Positions 36,334-45,097 of a stretch of DNA of 58,514 nucleotides are shown here, one piece after another. The stretch covers positions 1 to 58,514 of the forward strand of contig JAGDCW010000026.1 in NCBI GenBank assembly GCA_017958305.1. Direction: 5' to 3'. The notes under the pieces were generated by a model. It was not told where the DNA came from. It did no database searches and saw nothing but the letters and a program-made list of their open reading frames with translations. Numbering within the stretch: position 1 is the first letter of the stretch; each line of letters begins with the position of its first letter. Position numbers and translations under genes: made by a program. This DNA comes from Bacteroidales bacterium. Lineage in GTDB: Bacteria > Bacteroidota > Bacteroidia > Bacteroidales > UBA1402.

Positions 36334-38220
36334 ATGGCCATCATGAGACGATTGCTCTGTATTGTTCTGACAGCCTTTTGCCTGTCCTTGTCGGCCTATA
36401 ACGATCATCGCAATGTCAGGTGTGATTCGCTGGAAGCGTTGCTTGCCGGCAACCATCCGCCCAAGGGGGCGGAACTGCTCGGTGTCTATAATGACCTGAT
36501 GCGAGGCTTGCTTCCTTATGACGCGGAGAAGGCTGTCGATTACGGCCATAAGGCCATCGCCCTAAGCTACAAGCTGAATGATATGAGTATCAGGCAGTAT
36601 GTGCTTCACCATTTCGGGCTTATCAGTTATGGCCGGGAAGACTATGACGAGGCCCTCGGCTATTTCGACTGGGCTTTGGCCATCACCGACACGATGGCCA
36701 GGAGCCGCCGCTATACGCAGTTGAATATCGATGACGCCCGTTCGGCTCTCTACGGCAGCATTGCCAATGTGTACAATATGCAAGGCAAGGCCCATCTGGC
36801 CATACATTATTACCAGTTGGCCTTGCCCATTTTCGAGAAATACCGTTGGCAGGAAAGCCAGGCTGTTCTCCATTACAATCTTGGTGAGCTTTATTACTCG
36901 ATGGGCAATATCGAATCTTCTGAGGAACACTTCCTCTTGACTGCGACACTAGGAGAGAGTGCGGGAGATTCCCTAATGATGGCCTATGGATGGAAAGGAT
37001 TGCTGGGTATTTATGTGCAGCAGGGCGATTACGTCAAAGCCAGAGATGTGGCAACTCGCTGTTTGGCCTATTATCATGCCCACCGCGTCGAAGAAGCTGC
37101 CGACTATCCTGTGGTGCTGGCCTGTCTTGTTCGCCTGCATATGTTGAAAGGACATGAAGACTTGCTCTCTGCCAGGACGTATGCGCAGGAGGCTCTCAGC
37201 CTGGCCGATAGTCTGATATTTCAAAACCGGAGTGAGGTCTATGCGGCCTGTAATGAACTCTTCATGGTGGAGGGGCGTTGGCAGCAGGCACTCGATTATG
37301 CTTTGCGCAGCGTCCATCCCGATTCGTTGCCAACGAGTTCCGACGTTGGTGGCTATAAACAGTTGGCAGAGATCTATGCGGCTCTGGGGCAGGAGAAAAA
37401 GAGTCGGGAATACATTGATAAAATGTACAATACGATGTTGCGCTTCGCTACCGAGCACTATCAGAGCGGGCTTTCGCAGATGGAAGTGATCTATGAAACG
37501 CAAAAGAAAGAGGAGCGGATTGTGGCTCTCGGCAAGCAGCACAGCCTACTGCAGTGGTTACTTGGGGTGACGGCGGTTGCCGCCCTGGCGCTCGTGGTCA
37601 TCGTGGTGTTGCTCGTAGTAACACACCGTAGGAAGAGAAAACTGCTCACGGCTCAGGTGGCCATGGCAACCGAGGCGAAAGAACGGCATCTGCTGGCCCG
37701 CGACCTGCACGACGGCTTGGGCGGCATGTTGTCGTTGCTGAGGCTGAAAACGGAGCGGGGAGAGGAGACTTTGCCGCTCATCGACAGCATCCATACAGAG
37801 CTGCGTCGCACGGCCCACCACCTCATGCCCGACGAACTGCTCCGCAACGGGTTGTGCCCAGCCTTGCACGATTTTGCGCTGAGTGTGCCGGGGGCGGAGT
37901 TCCAGAGTGTGGGCGACATCGCGCTCGACAAAAACCGCGAGCTGGTGCTCTACCGTTGTGCCTATGAACTGGTGAACAACGCCATCAAGCATGCCCAGGC
38001 CGGTCGCATCGTCATCCAGCTGATGCAGGACAAAGGGCAGGTGACGCTCTCTGTCAGCGACGACGGCAAGGGCATGACCTTGTCTCCTGAGGATCATCGT
38101 CCCAAGGAAGGAATGGGTCTGCAAAACATCCGTGAGCGTATCGCTCCTTATCACGGGCAGCTCGACATCGTCTCTGTCAACGAGGGAGGAACAGATATCA
38201 ACATCATAATGCCATTATGA
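36334..38220 (+). CDS. sensor histidine kinase with a periplasmic TPR sensor domain (HisKA_3/NarX-type)
   Basis: 628 aa. After the N-terminal signal/anchor come about 390 aa of TPR-like repeats, TM LLQWLLGVTAVAALALVVIVVLLVV followed by HRRKRK, the H-box ARDLHDGLGG and HATPase blocks (NNAIKHA, DDGKG, GMGLQNIRER). Confidence 0.9.
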   Translation: MAIMRRLLCIVLTAFCLSLSAYNDHRNVRCDSLEALLAGNHPPKGAELLGVYNDLMRGLLPYDAEKAVDYGHKAIALSYKLNDMSIRQYVLHHFGLISYGREDYDEALGYFDWALAITDTMARSRRYTQLNIDDARSALYGSIANVYNMQGKAHLAIHYYQLALPIFEKYRWQESQAVLHYNLGELYYSMGNIESSEEHFLLTATLGESAGDSLMMAYGWKGLLGIYVQQGDYVKARDVATRCLAYYHAHRVEEAADYPVVLACLVRLHMLKGHEDLLSARTYAQEALSLADSLIFQNRSEVYAACNELFMVEGRWQQALDYALRSVHPDSLPTSSDVGGYKQLAEIYAALGQEKKSREYIDKMYNTMLRFATEHYQSGLSQMEVIYETQKKEERIVALGKQHSLLQWLLGVTAVAALALVVIVVLLVVTHRRKRKLLTAQVAMATEAKERHLLARDLHDGLGGMLSLLRLKTERGEETLPLIDSIHTELRRTAHHLMPDELLRNGLCPALHDFALSVPGAEFQSVGDIALDKNRELVLYRCAYELVNNAIKHAQAGRIVIQLMQDKGQVTLSVSDDGKGMTLSPEDHRPKEGMGLQNIRERIAPYHGQLDIVSVNEGGTDINIIMPL

Positions 38221-38846
38221 CAACCATAAAGTATCGGATAGATGTTTGCATTGTCGATGACCACAGCATGCTCAACGAAGGCCTGACCAACGTCATCAAC
38301 CAGAGCAGTGAGGCTCATGTGAGCAACACTTTCACTACGCTCGCCGCCTGCCGCCAGGCGCTCACAGAACGTCAGCCCGATGTACTGTTGCTCGATGTCT
38401 CCCTGCCCGACGGCGACGGTATTGATTTCTGCCGTGAGGTGGTAGCCGATTATCCCAAGGTGCGCATCCTGGCTGTCACCGTCCACGACGAGTATTCCCT
38501 CATCTGTCGGATGTTGGAGGCCGGGGCCCATGGCTATCTTCTGAAAAATTCATCTGGCGAAGAACTTCTTGGAGCTATTGTTGCCGTATGGAAGGGGCAG
38601 AAATATATCTCGCCGGCAGTGGCCGATATCCTCGGCAGCAGCGCCGGCCGGAACATCGTCCTGAGCGATGTGGAGAAAAGCATCCTGCAACTGGTCTGCA
38701 ACGGTCTGACAAACCCGGAAATTGCTGCAAACATCCATCTCAGTACTGAGACCATCAATTGGTACCGCAAACGTCTTTTATCCAAATTCGGAGTGCGAAA
38801 TACCGCCAGTCTGGTCAGGAAAGCGGTGGAAGAAAAGTTGGTCTGA
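38217..38846 (+). CDS. LuxR/NarL-family response regulator
   Basis: 209 aa. The receiver domain has VCIVDDH and the phospho-acceptor context DVLLLDVSLPDG. The C-terminal HTH reads LSDVEKSILQLVCNGLTNPEIAANIHLSTETINWYRKRL. ATGA overlaps the kinase stop. Confidence 0.92.
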   Translation: MTTIKYRIDVCIVDDHSMLNEGLTNVINQSSEAHVSNTFTTLAACRQALTERQPDVLLLDVSLPDGDGIDFCREVVADYPKVRILAVTVHDEYSLICRMLEAGAHGYLLKNSSGEELLGAIVAVWKGQKYISPAVADILGSSAGRNIVLSDVEKSILQLVCNGLTNPEIAANIHLSTETINWYRKRLLSKFGVRNTASLVRKAVEEKLV

Positions 38847-38872
38847 ATTTGCTGTCGGTAGGAGTAGGCTGA

Positions 38873-39400
38873 TTATTGCAATTTCTGATAAACGGCGACA
38901 TCCTCGTAGCGGCCGGCCTGGTGGAGCCAGGATTTTAAAAGACCGCTCTGTTGGAAGCCGGCTTTTTCGAACAGGAGGATGCTGGCTGTATTCTTTACGG
39001 CAATGTGGGCGTAGAGGCTGTGCAGCTGCAGGAAGTCGAAGGCATAGTCGGTGAGCAGCTGGAGGGCTTCCAGGCCGTAACCCTGCCGCTGGTATTCGCG
39101 GGCGGTGACCAGCCCCACGCCGGCCCGGTGGTGGATGATGTCCAGGTCGAACAGATCGGCGATGCCCACCGGCAGGCGGTCGGCCTTGCGCTCGACGATG
39201 AGCCGCAGTTCCTTGAGCTCGAAGACGGTCTGCTCGGTGGAGAGTTCGATGTATTGCTTGAGCGTGAAGCGCGAAAGGGGAGCGGTGTTCACCCCCTCGG
39301 CCCAGAGCGAGGTGTCGTTCTCGACGCGGTAGAGGAAATCCAGGTCTTCGGGTTCGAGGGCCCTGAGGCGGATGCGCTCCGATTCAAACAATCCGTTCAT
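38873..39400 (-). CDS. GNAT-family N-acetyltransferase (RimJ/RimL-like)
   Basis: 175 aa with the acetyl-CoA-binding block REYQRQGYGLEAL. Confidence 0.85.
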   Translation of the reverse strand: MNGLFESERIRLRALEPEDLDFLYRVENDTSLWAEGVNTAPLSRFTLKQYIELSTEQTVFELKELRLIVERKADRLPVGIADLFDLDIIHHRAGVGLVTAREYQRQGYGLEALQLLTDYAFDFLQLHSLYAHIAVKNTASILLFEKAGFQQSGLLKSWLHQAGRYEDVAVYQKLQ

Positions 39401-39409
39401 GAGGGGCGT

Positions 39410-40048
39410 TTATGAGTTCTTGGGGATGAAATCGTCGTCTTCGTCGGCCGAAGGTGCGGCAGACGATTCGTCCACGGTCGTGGCATAGGTGTTGCGCGGA
39501 ATGAAGTCGTCGTCCTCGTCCATCACCGTGAAGTTGCCCACCTTGCGGGCTTCCATTTCCTGGCGGGCCGCCTCGGCTTCGGCCTCGGGGTCGTAGACCG
39601 TGCCGTCGGGGTTCAGCGCTGTCTCGCGCAGCAGCTGCATTTTGTTGGGCAGGATGAAGAAATAGAAGGCGGCCACCATGAGGAAGGCCATCTTGGCATT
39701 GGGCATGTCGGTGAATATCGAGACGGCCAGCGTGAGCAGGGCCAGCACGACAAAGACGGCCAATCTGATCATCTGTGCCTTGAAATAGCTGTCGAGCCGT
39801 TCTTCGGGGAAGTCCATGCGACGGATCTTGCGCAAATTGGCATTGAACCAGGCCAGGGAGGCCGGGATGCCGCAAAGAAGGACGAGCAGGGCGATGGTCT
39901 GGACCCTCATGCCGGTGCCGAAGGTGATGCCGCCCACATGGGGGATGACATGGGTTTTGCGCAGGATGGCGATGGCGGCGATGACGACGGCGGAAATGAT
40001 GAAACACAGGCTGTATTGCCGATGGATCTGTTGGATTTTGTTTTCCAT
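39410..40048 (-). CDS. four-TM membrane protein with an acidic C-terminal tail carrying two EDDDFIP(R/K)N motifs
   Basis: 212 aa with hydrophobic segments (LCFIISAVVIAAIAIL, TIALLVLLCGIPASLAWF, LAVFVVLALLTLAVSIF, AFLMVAAFYFFIL). The tail reads ..VMDEDDDFIPRNTYATTVDESSAAPSADEDDDFIPKNS. Confidence 0.62.
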   Translation of the reverse strand: MENKIQQIHRQYSLCFIISAVVIAAIAILRKTHVIPHVGGITFGTGMRVQTIALLVLLCGIPASLAWFNANLRKIRRMDFPEERLDSYFKAQMIRLAVFVVLALLTLAVSIFTDMPNAKMAFLMVAAFYFFILPNKMQLLRETALNPDGTVYDPEAEAEAARQEMEARKVGNFTVMDEDDDFIPRNTYATTVDESSAAPSADEDDDFIPKNS

Positions 40049-40105
40049 ATGCTGATGATTGATATTACTCCGGTGGTAGGATCTGTTGTGTCGGCGGATG
40101 ACGGT

Positions 40106-40717
40106 TCACGACTTGAAGGGGGTGCGGTTCAGGATGGAACGGCCCAGGGTCACTTCGTCGGCGTATTCCAGTTCGTCGCCCACGGCAATGCCCCGGGCGA
40201 TGACCGAGATCTTGACGGGATAGGCCGACAGCCGGCGGAAGATATAGAAAGAGGTGGCATCGCCTTCGCTGGTGGCCGCCAGCGCCAGGATCACTTCCTT
40301 GATGTCGCCCTTTGCCACGCGCTCCACCAGGGAATCGATCTCCAGGTCGGAGGGACCGATGCCCTCCATGGGGGTGATCAGGCCGCCCAGCACATGGTAC
40401 AGGCCGTTGTACTGGCGGGTGCCCTCGACGGCCATCACTTCCTTGACGTTCTCCACCACGCAGATGGTCTCCTGGTCGCGGCGGGGATCGCTGCAGATCT
40501 GGCAGCGTTCGGTGTCGGAAATGTTGTGGCAGCACTCGCAGTACTTGATTTCCTTCTTGAGGCGGATGAGCGCCGAGCCCAACTGCTCGACGTCGGCACT
40601 GTCCTGACGCAGCAGGTGCAGCACCAGACGGAGGGCCGTCTTCTTGCCGATGCCGGGCAACTTGGCGAAAGCCTGCACGGCATCTTCCAATAGGGCAGAG
40701 GGATAGGAATTATCCAT
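40106..40717 (-). CDS. recR: recombination protein RecR
   Basis: Only the last 203 codons of the 676-aa track ORF are RecR, starting at ATG 40717 ([31 protein letters not shown], HhH). It has the Zn finger [16 protein letters not shown] and a Toprim domain ([14 protein letters not shown]). Confidence 0.95.
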   Translation of the reverse strand: MDNSYPSALLEDAVQAFAKLPGIGKKTALRLVLHLLRQDSADVEQLGSALIRLKKEIKYCECCHNISDTERCQICSDPRRDQETICVVENVKEVMAVEGTRQYNGLYHVLGGLITPMEGIGPSDLEIDSLVERVAKGDIKEVILALAATSEGDATSFYIFRRLSAYPVKISVIARGIAVGDELEYADEVTLGRSILNRTPFKS

Positions 40718-40736
40718 GAAATAGCGAATGAACAAG

Positions 40737-40744
40737 CAAATATA
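40737..40744 (-). promoter_or_regulatory. putative -7 box (TATATTTG) upstream of recR
   Basis: The reverse complement of CAAATATA lies 20 nt upstream of ATG 40717. Confidence 0.45.
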
Positions 40745-40786
40745 GTGCAATTCTTCGTATCTTCGCATCGCATTAGGGGAAAAACA

Positions 40787-42244
40787 ATGAGCGTATATCT
40801 GGTAGGCGGCTTGCTGCTGGCGTATTTCGGGCTGTTGATGCTGATTTCGTCCCTGCAGACCAACCGTCGGAAAAGCAACGAGGTCTTCTTCCTGGGCAGC
40901 CGCCGCTCGCCCTGGGTGGTGGTGGCCATCGGCATGGTGGGCGCCTCGCTCTCGGGCGTGACTTTCGTGTCGGTGCCGGGCATGGTGCGGGCCAGCGACA
41001 TGCTCTACATGCAGACCGTCCTGGGCTTTTTCGTGGGCTATGTGCTGATTGCCGAGATCCTGCTGCCCACCTATTTCCGCCTGCGCTCGCCCAGCATCTA
41101 CGCCTATCTGCACGAGCGCCTGGGCAAGTGCTCCTACAAGACGGGCGCCTCGTTTTTCCTGCTGTCCAAGACCATCGGGGCCGCCGCCCGGCTCTATGTG
41201 GTGGCCATCATCCTGCAGACCTTCTTCTTCGACCGCTGGCACGTGCCCTTCTGGGTCACGGTGAGCTGCATCATCGTGATGATCTGGCTCTACACGGCCC
41301 GCAGCGGCATCAAGACCATCGTCTGGACCGACATGCTGCAGACCTTCTGCCTGCTCACGGCCCTGGTGCTCATCATCGTGCAGGTGGTGCGCTCGATGGG
41401 CACTTCTCCCGCCGAATGCTGGCAGGCCCTGGTCGCCGATGAGCATTTCCACCTGTTCGAATTTCGCGACTGGCACAGCAAGCAGCACTTTGTCAAGCAG
41501 TTCCTGAGTGGCATCTTCATCGCCCTGGTGATGACGGGCCTGGATCAGGATATGATGCAGAAAAATCTGAGCATCAGCAATTTGAAAGATGCCAAAAGAA
41601 ATATCTACACCTATGGCTTCGCCTTTATCCCGGTCAATTTCCTGTTCCTGAGCCTGGGCGTGCTGCTGCTCATCTTCGCCTCGCGCAACGGCTATGCGCT
41701 GCCCGAGGCCTCCGACAAGATCCTGCCCGTCTTTGCCACCCAGGGCTATCTGGGAGGGGCGGTGACCGTCTTTTTCATGCTGGGCATCATCGCCGCGGCC
41801 TTTTCGAGTGCCGACTCGGCCCTGACGGCCCTGACCACCTCGCTTTGCGTGGATATCCTCGAGCGTCCCGACGACAGTCGGCTCAGGCGGCGCATGCACG
41901 TGCTGATTTCCCTTTTTGTGCTGGGTATCATCATGATATTCAAGATAGTGAACAGCGGCAGCCTGATCGATGCGCTCTATACCATCACGGGCTATACCTA
42001 CGGCCCGCTGTTGGGTTTGTTTGCCTTCGGCCTGACGACCCGCCGGCCGGTATGGGACAAGGCCACGCCCTGGATTGCCCTGGCCTCGCCGCTGATCTGT
42101 GCCCTGATCCAGTATCTGAGCACCCGTTACCTGCATTATACTTTCGGCTACGAACTGCTGATGCTCAATGGCTTGCTTACCTTTGTCGCCTTGTGGGCCA
42201 GCGGCGGCCGAAAGCCTGGAACCCCTTCTTTTGTCCGGCCATAA
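40787..42244 (+). CDS. sodium:solute symporter (SSS) family transporter
   Basis: ATG 40787 gives [19 protein letters not shown]. The product is about 485 aa with about 13 TM segments. The early ..[32 protein letters not shown] block is typical of SSS carriers. Confidence 0.86.
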   Translation: MSVYLVGGLLLAYFGLLMLISSLQTNRRKSNEVFFLGSRRSPWVVVAIGMVGASLSGVTFVSVPGMVRASDMLYMQTVLGFFVGYVLIAEILLPTYFRLRSPSIYAYLHERLGKCSYKTGASFFLLSKTIGAAARLYVVAIILQTFFFDRWHVPFWVTVSCIIVMIWLYTARSGIKTIVWTDMLQTFCLLTALVLIIVQVVRSMGTSPAECWQALVADEHFHLFEFRDWHSKQHFVKQFLSGIFIALVMTGLDQDMMQKNLSISNLKDAKRNIYTYGFAFIPVNFLFLSLGVLLLIFASRNGYALPEASDKILPVFATQGYLGGAVTVFFMLGIIAAAFSSADSALTALTTSLCVDILERPDDSRLRRRMHVLISLFVLGIIMIFKIVNSGSLIDALYTITGYTYGPLLGLFAFGLTTRRPVWDKATPWIALASPLICALIQYLSTRYLHYTFGYELLMLNGLLTFVALWASGGRKPGTPSFVRP

Positions 42245-42255
42245 ACCCTTGAACG

Positions 42256-42858
42256 ATGGAAATCAAGACCGCTGCTTTTGTCAAGAGTTATCCCGATGTC
42301 GCCCAGTGTCCTGCCGACGGTCGGCCCGAATTCGCCTTCATCGGCCGCTCCAATGTGGGCAAGTCTTCGCTCATCAACATGCTGACCGGCCGGGATGGTT
42401 TGGCCAAGACTTCGTCCAAGCCTGGCAAGACTTTGCTCATCAATCATTTCCTGATCAATGAGCAATGGTATATCGTGGATTTGCCGGGCTACGGCTATGC
42501 CCAGGTGTCCATCGCCCAGCGCGACAAACTCTACCGGATGATTACGCGCTATGTGCAGCAGCGCGAGTCGCTCTATTGCCTGTTCGTGCTCATCGACAGC
42601 CGGCTCAAACCGCAGCAGATCGACCTCGATTTCATCGATTTCCTGGGCGAGGAGGGGATTCCTTTCGCACTGGTGTTCACCAAGAGCGACAAAATCTCCC
42701 AGGCGGAGCTGGGGAAGAACCTGGAGGTCTTCCAACAGAAAATGCGGGAGAACTGGGAGGAGTTGCCGCCGTTTTTCCTCACTTCCTCGGCCAAGAAGCG
42801 CGGCCGGGAAGAACTTCTCGGCTACATCGGCTCGATATTGGCCGGAGACGCCGAATAA
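42256..42858 (+). CDS. yihA: ribosome-biogenesis GTPase YihA/EngB
   Basis: 200 aa with G1 [13 protein letters not shown]3 DLPGYG and G4 TKSD. Confidence 0.93.
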   Translation: MEIKTAAFVKSYPDVAQCPADGRPEFAFIGRSNVGKSSLINMLTGRDGLAKTSSKPGKTLLINHFLINEQWYIVDLPGYGYAQVSIAQRDKLYRMITRYVQQRESLYCLFVLIDSRLKPQQIDLDFIDFLGEEGIPFALVFTKSDKISQAELGKNLEVFQQKMRENWEELPPFFLTSSAKKRGREELLGYIGSILAGDAE

Positions 42859-43521
42859 TCAGGCTTTTTTCTTCAACAGCTGCAGGGGGGAGCGATCCAA
42901 CCAGGGCTGGGTGTATTGGCTGATCCACCACCAGACCAGCACGGCTCCGATCACCCCGATGAGGGAACCGACGGTGACGTCTATGAGGAAGTGTTGCGAC
43001 AGGTAGATGCGCGAAAAGCCGCCCAGCAGGGCCAGCACCAGCCAGAAGATTTTCAGGCAGGGGTTTTTGCTGATCAAAGCCAGCGCCGTGAAGATGGCGA
43101 AGGCGCCCGTGGAATGGCCCGAGGGGAAGCTGTGGGTCGTATGCAGGTGCACCCCGTCCACCACGTGCAGCTCATAGGCCAGGTCGCGGAAAAAGACGCT
43201 GGGACGCGGGCTGTCGGTCCAGATGAGTCGCTTGCCCACCTGGGTGATGAGCGAGGCGCCGATGGCCGCCCCCGCGCAGGTGAAGAACGAGCGGTACGAC
43301 TTGCAAAGGGTGAGCACACATATCGGGATGATGATCACGCCGCTGCCCAGTTGGGTGATGAACTTGAAGCACTGGTCCCAGAAGGGGGTGTTCAGCTGGT
43401 TGACGGCCATGTGCAGCGAGGCCCGGTCGTAGGCGAAGAGCAGGGCGACGCAGACCAGGAAGATGGTCAGATAGGGGAGCAGGTAAGCGCGGTTGCTTTT
43501 CAGTATTTCGTTCAGTTTCAT
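42859..43521 (-). CDS. PAP2-superfamily (acid/lipid phosphate) phosphatase, membrane protein
   Basis: ATG 43521 gives MKLNEILKSNRAYLLPYL, and the product is 220 aa. PAP2 motifs are present: KRLIWTDSPRP, PSGHS and SRIYLSQHFLIDV. Its stop abuts the yihA stop. Confidence 0.85.
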   Translation of the reverse strand: MKLNEILKSNRAYLLPYLTIFLVCVALLFAYDRASLHMAVNQLNTPFWDQCFKFITQLGSGVIIIPICVLTLCKSYRSFFTCAGAAIGASLITQVGKRLIWTDSPRPSVFFRDLAYELHVVDGVHLHTTHSFPSGHSTGAFAIFTALALISKNPCLKIFWLVLALLGGFSRIYLSQHFLIDVTVGSLIGVIGAVLVWWWISQYTQPWLDRSPLQLLKKKA

Positions 43522-43532
43522 AGCGTGTGTTT

Positions 43533-44240
43533 TTACCAACCGGTATGGAGGAGCTCCCTGCCCAATTGCTTGAGGCGGCGTCGGGCTTCCTCGTGGCCGG
43601 GACAGATGTCCCCGACCAGCTGCCAGAATTGCCGGCTGTGGTTGTGGTGGACGGTATGGGCCAGTTCGTGGCAGACCACGTAGCGGATGCACTCGGGGTC
43701 GGCCATCATGAGGCGCCAGGAAAAGTTCAAATGGTTGCGTGAATTGCAGGAGCCCCAGCGGGTGCGGGCCGAGGTGATGCCGACACCCGAGTGGCGGAGG
43801 CCGTGACGGGCGGCGGTTTCTTCCACCAGGGGCGGCAAAACTTCCCGGGCATGGGCCCGGTAGAATCCGGCCAGCGTCTGCCGCAGTTTTTCGTCCAGTT
43901 GCAGGGGGGCGAGTCGGCGGCTTTCTTCCTCGAACGAGGCGGGCAGCAGGACTTGGCAGCCCTCGACAAGGGGCTTGCGGACAGGGGCTGTCGCCAGGCT
44001 GTAAGTACGGCCTTCCAGCTTTATCGAAGAGCCTATGTGTAAATATTCACGATGGCTATTCGCATTTGCTTTCTTCCACTTTTCCAGTGTTTTGTCTATC
44101 CAAGATTGTTTGCTGGCCACAAAGCTGTCGATGTGGCTGCGGCTCATGAGATAGGGGGCGCGGACGAGCAGCGTCCCGTCGGGTTGGACGCTGAGCGAGA
44201 GGCTGCGCCTGGCCGAACGGATGAGCCTGAAAGCGTTCAT
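43533..44240 (-). CDS. YgjP-like (DUF45/M48-type) HExxH metal-dependent hydrolase
   Basis: ATG 44240 gives MNAFRLIRSARRSLSLSVQPDGTLLVRAP, and the product is 235 aa. The C-terminal block reads YVVCHELAHTVHHNHSRQFW. Confidence 0.85.
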   Translation of the reverse strand: MNAFRLIRSARRSLSLSVQPDGTLLVRAPYLMSRSHIDSFVASKQSWIDKTLEKWKKANANSHREYLHIGSSIKLEGRTYSLATAPVRKPLVEGCQVLLPASFEEESRRLAPLQLDEKLRQTLAGFYRAHAREVLPPLVEETAARHGLRHSGVGITSARTRWGSCNSRNHLNFSWRLMMADPECIRYVVCHELAHTVHHNHSRQFWQLVGDICPGHEEARRRLKQLGRELLHTGW

Positions 44241-44241
44241 C

Positions 44242-45084
44242 CTACAGGCGGGCTTTGAAAGACATGTCCAGGCCCTTGACCGAGTGGGTGAGGGCACCGA
44301 CGGAGATGAAATCCACCCCGCATTCGGCATAGGAGCGCAGGGTGTCCAGGGTGATGCCGCCCGAGGATTCGGTCTCGTAGCGGCCGCCGATGAGACGGAC
44401 AGCCTCGCGCGTGAGGGCCGTGTCGAAATTGTCGAGCATGATGCGATCCACACCGCCGCACTGCAATACCTGGCCGAGTTCGTCCAGGTTGCGTACCTCG
44501 ATCTCGATTTTCATGCCCTCCTTGCCTTTGTCCTTCAGGTACTGGCGGGCCCGGGTGATGGCCTGGGCGATGCCGCCGGCAAAGTCGATGTGGTTGTCCT
44601 TGAGCAGGATCATGTCGTAGAGGCCGACGCGGTGGTTGCTGCCGCCGCCCAGCACCACGGCTTCCTTGTCCAGGAGGCGCATGCCGGGCGTGGTCTTGCG
44701 TGTGTCGATGACGCGGGTCTTGAGGCCCTGCAGGCGCTCGACATATTTATGGGTGGTGGTGGCGATGCCGCTCATGTGCTGCATGATGTTGAGCATCAGT
44801 CGCTCGGTCTGCAGCAGGGAACGCACCTTGCCGCTGGTCTCGAACACGATGTCGCCGGGTTTGACGGCACTGCCGTCGGGAATGAACACGGTGGTCTTGA
44901 GCCCGGGGTCGAAGCAGCGGAACACTTCCAGGGCCACACGGACACCGGCCACGATGCCGGCTTCCTTGATGAGCAGGATGGATTTGCCCTGGGCTTGCTC
45001 CGGGATGCAACTGAGGGTGGTATGGTCGCCGTCGCCGATATCCTCGGCCAGCGCGTTCTTGATGAATTCTTGCAGGTCGTACAT
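44242..45084 (-). CDS. nadC: nicotinate-nucleotide diphosphorylase (carboxylating), quinolinate phosphoribosyltransferase
   Basis: ATG 45084 gives MYDLQEFIKNALAEDIGDGDHTT, and the product is 280 aa. It has QAPRTase blocks (RKTTPGMR, DMILLKDNH, MLDNF, ESSGGI) and a TAG stop at 44242-44244. Confidence 0.95.
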   Translation of the reverse strand: MYDLQEFIKNALAEDIGDGDHTTLSCIPEQAQGKSILLIKEAGIVAGVRVALEVFRCFDPGLKTTVFIPDGSAVKPGDIVFETSGKVRSLLQTERLMLNIMQHMSGIATTTHKYVERLQGLKTRVIDTRKTTPGMRLLDKEAVVLGGGSNHRVGLYDMILLKDNHIDFAGGIAQAITRARQYLKDKGKEGMKIEIEVRNLDELGQVLQCGGVDRIMLDNFDTALTREAVRLIGGRYETESSGGITLDTLRSYAECGVDFISVGALTHSVKGLDMSFKARL

Positions 45085-45097
45085 GGGTGATAATGGA

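Noticed and set aside
40106-42136. A 676-aa minus-strand ORF that appears to be a giant RecR fusion.
   Set aside because: Only the last 203 codons (from ATG 40717) are RecR. The upstream 470 codons are the antisense shadow of the SSS transporter gene, and a TAnnTTTG box sits just upstream of 40717.
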